From: a virus
Direction: 5' to 3' (one strand)
Virus genome (UHGV): UHGV-0318153
Length of the DNA stretch: 64,000 nucleotides
Below, one piece after another: positions 61,901 to 64,000 of this stretch. The position numbers were made by a program, and so were the translations under genes. Under the pieces are notes generated by a model. It saw nothing but the letters and a program-made list of their open reading frames with translations. It did no database searches and had not been told where the DNA came from. Numbering within the stretch: position 1 is the first letter of the stretch; every line of letters begins with the position of its first letter.

Positions 61901-63994
61901 ACTATTATCTAATTCTATTCCTAATTCTGTAGCAACTTCAACAAAACTTTGTTTAATATTAGCTGTATAGTTATTAAAGAATTTATTAACAAGATTATTA
62001 TGATGTTCATCGTTTGGAAGATTATCCAACATCTTCTTTAATATCTGAATACCAGCTTTGTTTTCTTCATCAACCATATGTTCAGGAACTTCTTGCTGAC
62101 GATATAAATAATTATAGCTATATGGTTCAATAACATCTCTAGCTTGTTCTTTAAATTCATCAAGATGTATATTTCCATCATTATCCCATAAAGTTATAAT
62201 ATTATGATTAGCAGCTTTTGAAGTTTCAATAGTATTTAATTGGTCAATACCAATTTCTTTCATTGCATTATAAACTTGTTCAAGTTCTGTTCCTTTAATA
62301 AGTTTTGGCAATAAAACAAATTCAGCATTTTTAATTTGTCGAGGAACTTCAATACCTGTTTTAGTATCATAATATAAATCATAATAGAAGTTCTTTTGTA
62401 TCGGAACTTTATTTTCAAAAGCAGTCCAATCTATTTCTTCAATAGGAGTATCATTTGTTAATGCTTCTATAAGACTAGCATATTTATTTAATTCTCCAGC
62501 AGCAGTAATTCGTCTTATCCATTCTTCTTGAGTAATATAAGACTGAGCATCATTAGTCTTTGTTTTTTCATCTTTAAATGGTTTCAACAAACTAGCTTTT
62601 GTTTCTTCTGATAACTTGGCTTTATTTAATTGTTTTTCAAGTCTATCGATTACTTCTTGTTTTGATGTTTTATTTGTATTATAAACTGTAACAGCTTTAA
62701 ACTTATCATAAAGTTTAATTGGTTCTTTTGTTGTATAATCTATTACAGCTTTTTTACCATCAGCAGTTGGCATATCTATTGTTTCTTGTACAATTTTAGC
62801 AGGGTCTGTACTAGTTCTAGTAAAATCTACAACTCCAAATGGAGAACCACCAGCTTGAATTTCTTTTAATCGTTTAAGAACATCTTGATTACCTTTATAA
62901 AACTTACTCTTTCCGTTAAATAAATGGTCATAATTAACTTGATTTATAATAGTATTAATAAGATATTCTCTTATATTTTCATCAGAGAAATTTTCCAAGA
63001 ATGTACTAAATTCTCCACGAAGATAATTTGTAGCATTTTTAAGATAACTATCAAGATAAGTTTTAATAGTTTCATTAATTGCATTATCTACAATAGATTG
63101 ATAATTTGTATCAAATACAATTTTACCATTTTCAACTTTTACTCGTTTTTCTCTATCACCATATAATACATCAATAACCTTACCATTACCCATAAGATTA
63201 TGATAAAGAGAAACATCAGCAAATTTACTATTTAAATCAGATAGTTTAAATACAGCTCCTGTTAGAACATATTTTCCATCTACTATGTCATAAACTTTAC
63301 CATTTCTATTTTTTTCATAATTCAAATATAATTCATTAGCATTATAATCATCTTTAAGAACAAGTTGTCCTTCTGACATTATAAGATTACCATTAGCATC
63401 TTCTTTAAATATTCTTCTAGCAGAAGTATAAGCATCAAGAATTTCTTGATAAATAATATTTCTTAAAGCATCAACTACTGGATGGTTAATATCAAATTCA
63501 ATACCAATATTTTGACGTTGTAATAAATATATTTGATTATTAATATAAGCAAGTTTACTATTATTTACTTGAGTTTTAGTAACTTGACCGTCACTAATTA
63601 AGCCTTTAATAATAGCATTTGCCAAATAGAATTGTCCATTAATTTCTTTTAATTGTCCTGTAATAGCATATTTTGCTCCATGTTTATCAACAAAAGCAAA
63701 ACTAGGAGAATTATTTCCAACTTTATAATATTTATTTACATCAACAGGAATATTAATTTTTTCTCCATTAATCAAATCAACAAGATTTTTTGAACTAATA
63801 ATATTTAATTTATTAGTCAGCCAATCTGTATATTTTTCATCTTTTAAATCTATTACATTTAAAGCATTTACTTTATTTGTTGCTTCTTGTCTAAATTTAT
63901 TATATTGTTCTTCATTATATTTATAAAGACCATCTAATGATAATATTGGCATAGTAGCAACAAAAGTTTTAGGAGCATCTGAAGGAATACTCAT
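52961..63994 (-). CDS. Giant virion RNA polymerase-like protein, crAss-type (3677 aa)
   Basis: Single uninterrupted ORF. The DFDVD motif (GSDFDVDSVY, encoded at ~61253-61267) matches the NADFDGD-type catalytic metal-binding loop of the RNAP DPBB domain. It contains four in-frame copies of the dispersed repeat. Confidence 0.85.
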   Translation of the reverse strand: MSIPSDAPKTFVATMPILSLDGLYKYNEEQYNKFRQEATNKVNALNVIDLKDEKYTDWLTNKLNIISSKNLVDLINGEKINIPVDVNKYYKVGNNSPSFAFVDKHGAKYAITGQLKEINGQFYLANAIIKGLISDGQVTKTQVNNSKLAYINNQIYLLQRQNIGIEFDINHPVVDALRNIIYQEILDAYTSARRIFKEDANGNLIMSEGQLVLKDDYNANELYLNYEKNRNGKVYDIVDGKYVLTGAVFKLSDLNSKFADVSLYHNLMGNGKVIDVLYGDREKRVKVENGKIVFDTNYQSIVDNAINETIKTYLDSYLKNATNYLRGEFSTFLENFSDENIREYLINTIINQVNYDHLFNGKSKFYKGNQDVLKRLKEIQAGGSPFGVVDFTRTSTDPAKIVQETIDMPTADGKKAVIDYTTKEPIKLYDKFKAVTVYNTNKTSKQEVIDRLEKQLNKAKLSEETKASLLKPFKDEKTKTNDAQSYITQEEWIRRITAAGELNKYASLIEALTNDTPIEEIDWTAFENKVPIQKNFYYDLYYDTKTGIEVPRQIKNAEFVLLPKLIKGTELEQVYNAMKEIGIDQLNTIETSKAANHNIITLWDNDGNIHLDEFKEQARDVIEPYSYNYLYRQQEVPEHMVDEENKAGIQILKKMLDNLPNDEHHNNLVNKFFNNYTANIKQSFVEVATELGIELDNSGNIKLKDGAIVGLNRKVFLQLVKENMAKNGADRVLMEFLDTALEGSDQLPLIMNNVSTKLENVTNALFNKRITRQTIEGWHAAQLSDFGFTVDKDTVKDSEYLANHEAEHNHKLEYRKQGEINGIPVYYAEIRLKRWSNALYRTIKQEDGTTKKIPIDINEVPEDLRTMIGYRIPTEGKQSIVIMKVVEFLPDAYGSTVVVPDEWVTQTGSDFDVDSVYAMTKHITLNKDGKVIEPTENDYPLNEKGYIRYIKDNVGMAARKALSKYNGQIESSIKFIKDKEKEDRKKLNEDYQAKILKSLDNRFKDKYNIYQLAKETKDKELHKIIQAIGKKEDGISSKEYIDSAIERLYNLKESGEIQNQTKILDNVYDTYIATQELFDSQEDDNVALSETNRNKIKDVIEENTKEQLNEAEKFANDNNLPNYVSWLSLPVEERVSRDVRNNNIVQTFIDILNSPAAFEENMGISQFSNLAEANSWMKKIANISNKYVIDDKSYGNHDAVTQLDWKESASSGIKLKAISVNLDTFASIGNRTKIRLPFAIPVRYDKETIDKQKIGEKNRFGKVENNVINFTNQGWSEDNKNVEGYLLTPYSSQTTAHILDVMKEGAIHNENTYTFNAFKVMINAGIDYKTAISFMYQPAMDNLVKYWNESQSFANSEYINPLSKALDDAATALGITTDGKNMSDLASAVYRKYNEKGYITNVYGDVGFPIIDRELNVKRFSNEMTEEEKKIHDFMVLLQFNKLNQLGSIVNNTLSILTADKFGAKPSYYATDRIFRQIDDILTNDNKLYAENKKGEIVPVVEAIYPGISKGINTFAKSDIKNSSYPSLAAMLKYSSVTALKVGQQVFETAEPNFVELIYDIAKYTKNGKLSEKLYNDYKKYLVKRLYVNDNNPAIIYPIALDDDGSVLIKQSSTGKLQIDIENEMSRIAGIGSEYTKNIDFKIADINNPTKEEVLAFAKLSPAQKVLYIKENFDNIGIFDFISVNKFNEFTIKQKGYISNELKLNQGNYTNDYLYDLFDLAYLSSNPIIRLAAIDLVKYTYVVEGNNFKVGNIARAISTLPLKPTNVGGMNIGFSTKLAFDNYRFITPTANVSEKLIIGFVRQNYDDFPARFVDVDKIIKKNVNHAQDIEFNNDGSITVYTYDTANTKDFNKLGLLNKDEAYKIIKIRRGNTAKLYYGINHIEDVTYYPLNKLDEIDTNKTIEDSSIARNNVYKSLFDIVYGYKSEKLAEQYALYKDKFVGATEITIDETNNINEALAIANNNFFDKPQLILRNTGFTGDKLIINNAINGKKYVATKITEEVADRLRGNTSNLYQDYIDFLDEYPNYKPESDYGILPVVEYGKRYSSIGERDAASFAIKQTVAIARQESFGGNKLAESMMKILNNANINYKDTKEIANNLPVASSTVAKFVKATADRLIYDAYHFTIDEDGNELKLNDARVIERVLKDNNLERKFITLINTITSFKDRYSFRDINIEGYDEDTKAALETIKEAINKLNNDTIVLQAKRSYWGEFINSSTTNPNIKSGLQDALTFYGDTGFFDLNIQDIAFNHNQLVQAVVGESQAIIKEGEFRGKIEAQQFAKMLSDLKAEAAKNGKSIDWNKIVDENGRLVQPNNKEWFEMKDKLNKEYIKAVDETKDKFSVKALRAKLEYDAFIAATTESQFIPIKDIDIDGNEVMVDYTRETIANQYAVLYNKNPKVAELYAEYKRLMKEQSDILSNIIGNTPTEEQDEKIHQIYLKLRLMTSDFDDNYEIKDDEDLTAARTLYAFIDRNRYLKELFFDRNIKVGFEEQLNNALKTISDIEGARDHEGRLLIPMNILMQNKEYRKAKAWLRANAMYKPDADFINEINACLTAFNDPTISKTSALNIAIEQANARDEFGILDGRKFTAEQIERIKKETVRNFHFSKRSGLPYAGILRSQDDDVVIYEYEFYDNLRNDKVKSEDEIEDIEAINKILDKVWDSTARVLNTGSDKLTMDDLNKLSKLLELYDLDKTKNKKAAEFIAEECVITYNNAAYEADRARAYKNGDEWYQAWKKVFETVDDEGNVVPNTIFYGVLKPKDESKWVNKNKTDYIRLINKHVQNTKTQYYYEVMRTNRDNMSKEEFKKWYFDNHYYNPYSRQYEPLKIWTHTEYIDESGNKAKGKWEARINQTDLEPNKDYLNEKYDKNYPTYKEGSTYKAKQEDGTRKEVSYDNSNYKALNEYELKLLNNLKKIMMQYAFTDSNKYYVKQGYLPSISKEKEFDYKDIFKEAMAFIGISSNIPTDTKWQDLENITYNTDEEKDNPMLQMLLDRNSSKYVEVPHFPKPGESEAEFIKRKQEAKDVNAKIREENEKIHNQLINKDWENVFKSFIINSARYDAIRLIKGKLYAADDALLSYDAYKLNYKNELIQDYRLSAESEVEYKTESNRNTSAQLRNYIRRVVRDTYKNNTNPQLLKFASIAQNMAGTKYMMLNITGGIANILTGQTNLAAERFAREYFNEKDWIVGQNLYVGGAISYMSNMYNDKSTTLQDGIIKLANVVDYDRIAELTANDIKGNIKKLRGLLFTPQTAGEHYMQNTVLLTMMKNHRIIKDADGNVKIVSFEMFKREKELEALMIVLNEEERDAYDKFFNDILADENRRANYNMFNDNVITDFIRTHLTKERMIEFVRKRKELMKEAKKKFEELPDVYSQFELVDDYANLKADADIELKDFAKLVEKVIKVNKKVHGVYDKIGAAKIENEWWGGIVMQFHKHLYPGFKKRYRRHGYYDEVLETIEKGAYNSLMQFINTPYHLTKYKRSQEELDTLQAIQEYCKNAISFITHIKLNYNLLSENERANIRRAYADFVYTGAAVVTAIALTAIAGGDKDNEESIWYNLLMYQADRLASEAFAFTPIGLASEGEKLWSSPVAIWQSGDDLLKGLAFGVQTLIDNGFEGEYKTGRYAGENKLKVIIGRNIPVYRNIQRIIELPDNNSYYKLGDNALSVIPVKKIGEWIRK

Positions 63995-64000
63995 AAAGAA

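Overview
Low-GC (~28%), coding-dense window that reads as one contiguous piece of a crAss-like (Crassvirales-type) phage genome, in the standard genetic code. Its four parts and the main oddity are listed below.

- **1–21,077 (minus strand): late/structural block.** It carries a partial tail-like protein and a 985-aa Ig-repeat tail protein, then a crAss-type major capsid protein, a scaffold-like acidic protein, portal and large terminase. Further on are a lysis cassette (GH108 muramidase with overlapping spanin-like genes), a PD-(D/E)XK nuclease and a free-standing HNH homing endonuclease.
- **21.1–22.6 kb: non-coding, origin-like region.** It holds a (TA)n microsatellite, a ~330-bp polypurine tract, 2–3 iteron-like tandem repeats of ~175 bp and a repeated ~45-bp promoter-like element.
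- **22.6–52.4 kb (plus strand): early/replication block.** It carries SSB-like proteins with E. coli-SSB-like C-terminal tails, an SF1B Dda/RecD-like helicase and a family-B DNA polymerase interrupted at motif A by a ~1-kb group-I-intron-like insertion with a GIY-YIG homing endonuclease. It also carries a DnaG/Toprim primase, an ATP-dependent ligase, a dNMP kinase, ThyX, dUTPase and a redoxin.
- **52,961–63,994 (minus strand): giant 3677-aa gene.** It carries the NADFDGD-like DFDVD metal-binding motif of the crAss-type virion RNA polymerase.
- **Most unusual signal: a dispersed 22-bp GC-rich repeat.** The consensus is TTCC(C/T)CTACGGGCAAGCTACAAT, with 24 copies, 12 in each orientation, found in intergenic DNA and inside ORFs in several different reading frames. 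Four copies form two large inverted-repeat hairpins at 50.9–51.1 kb.
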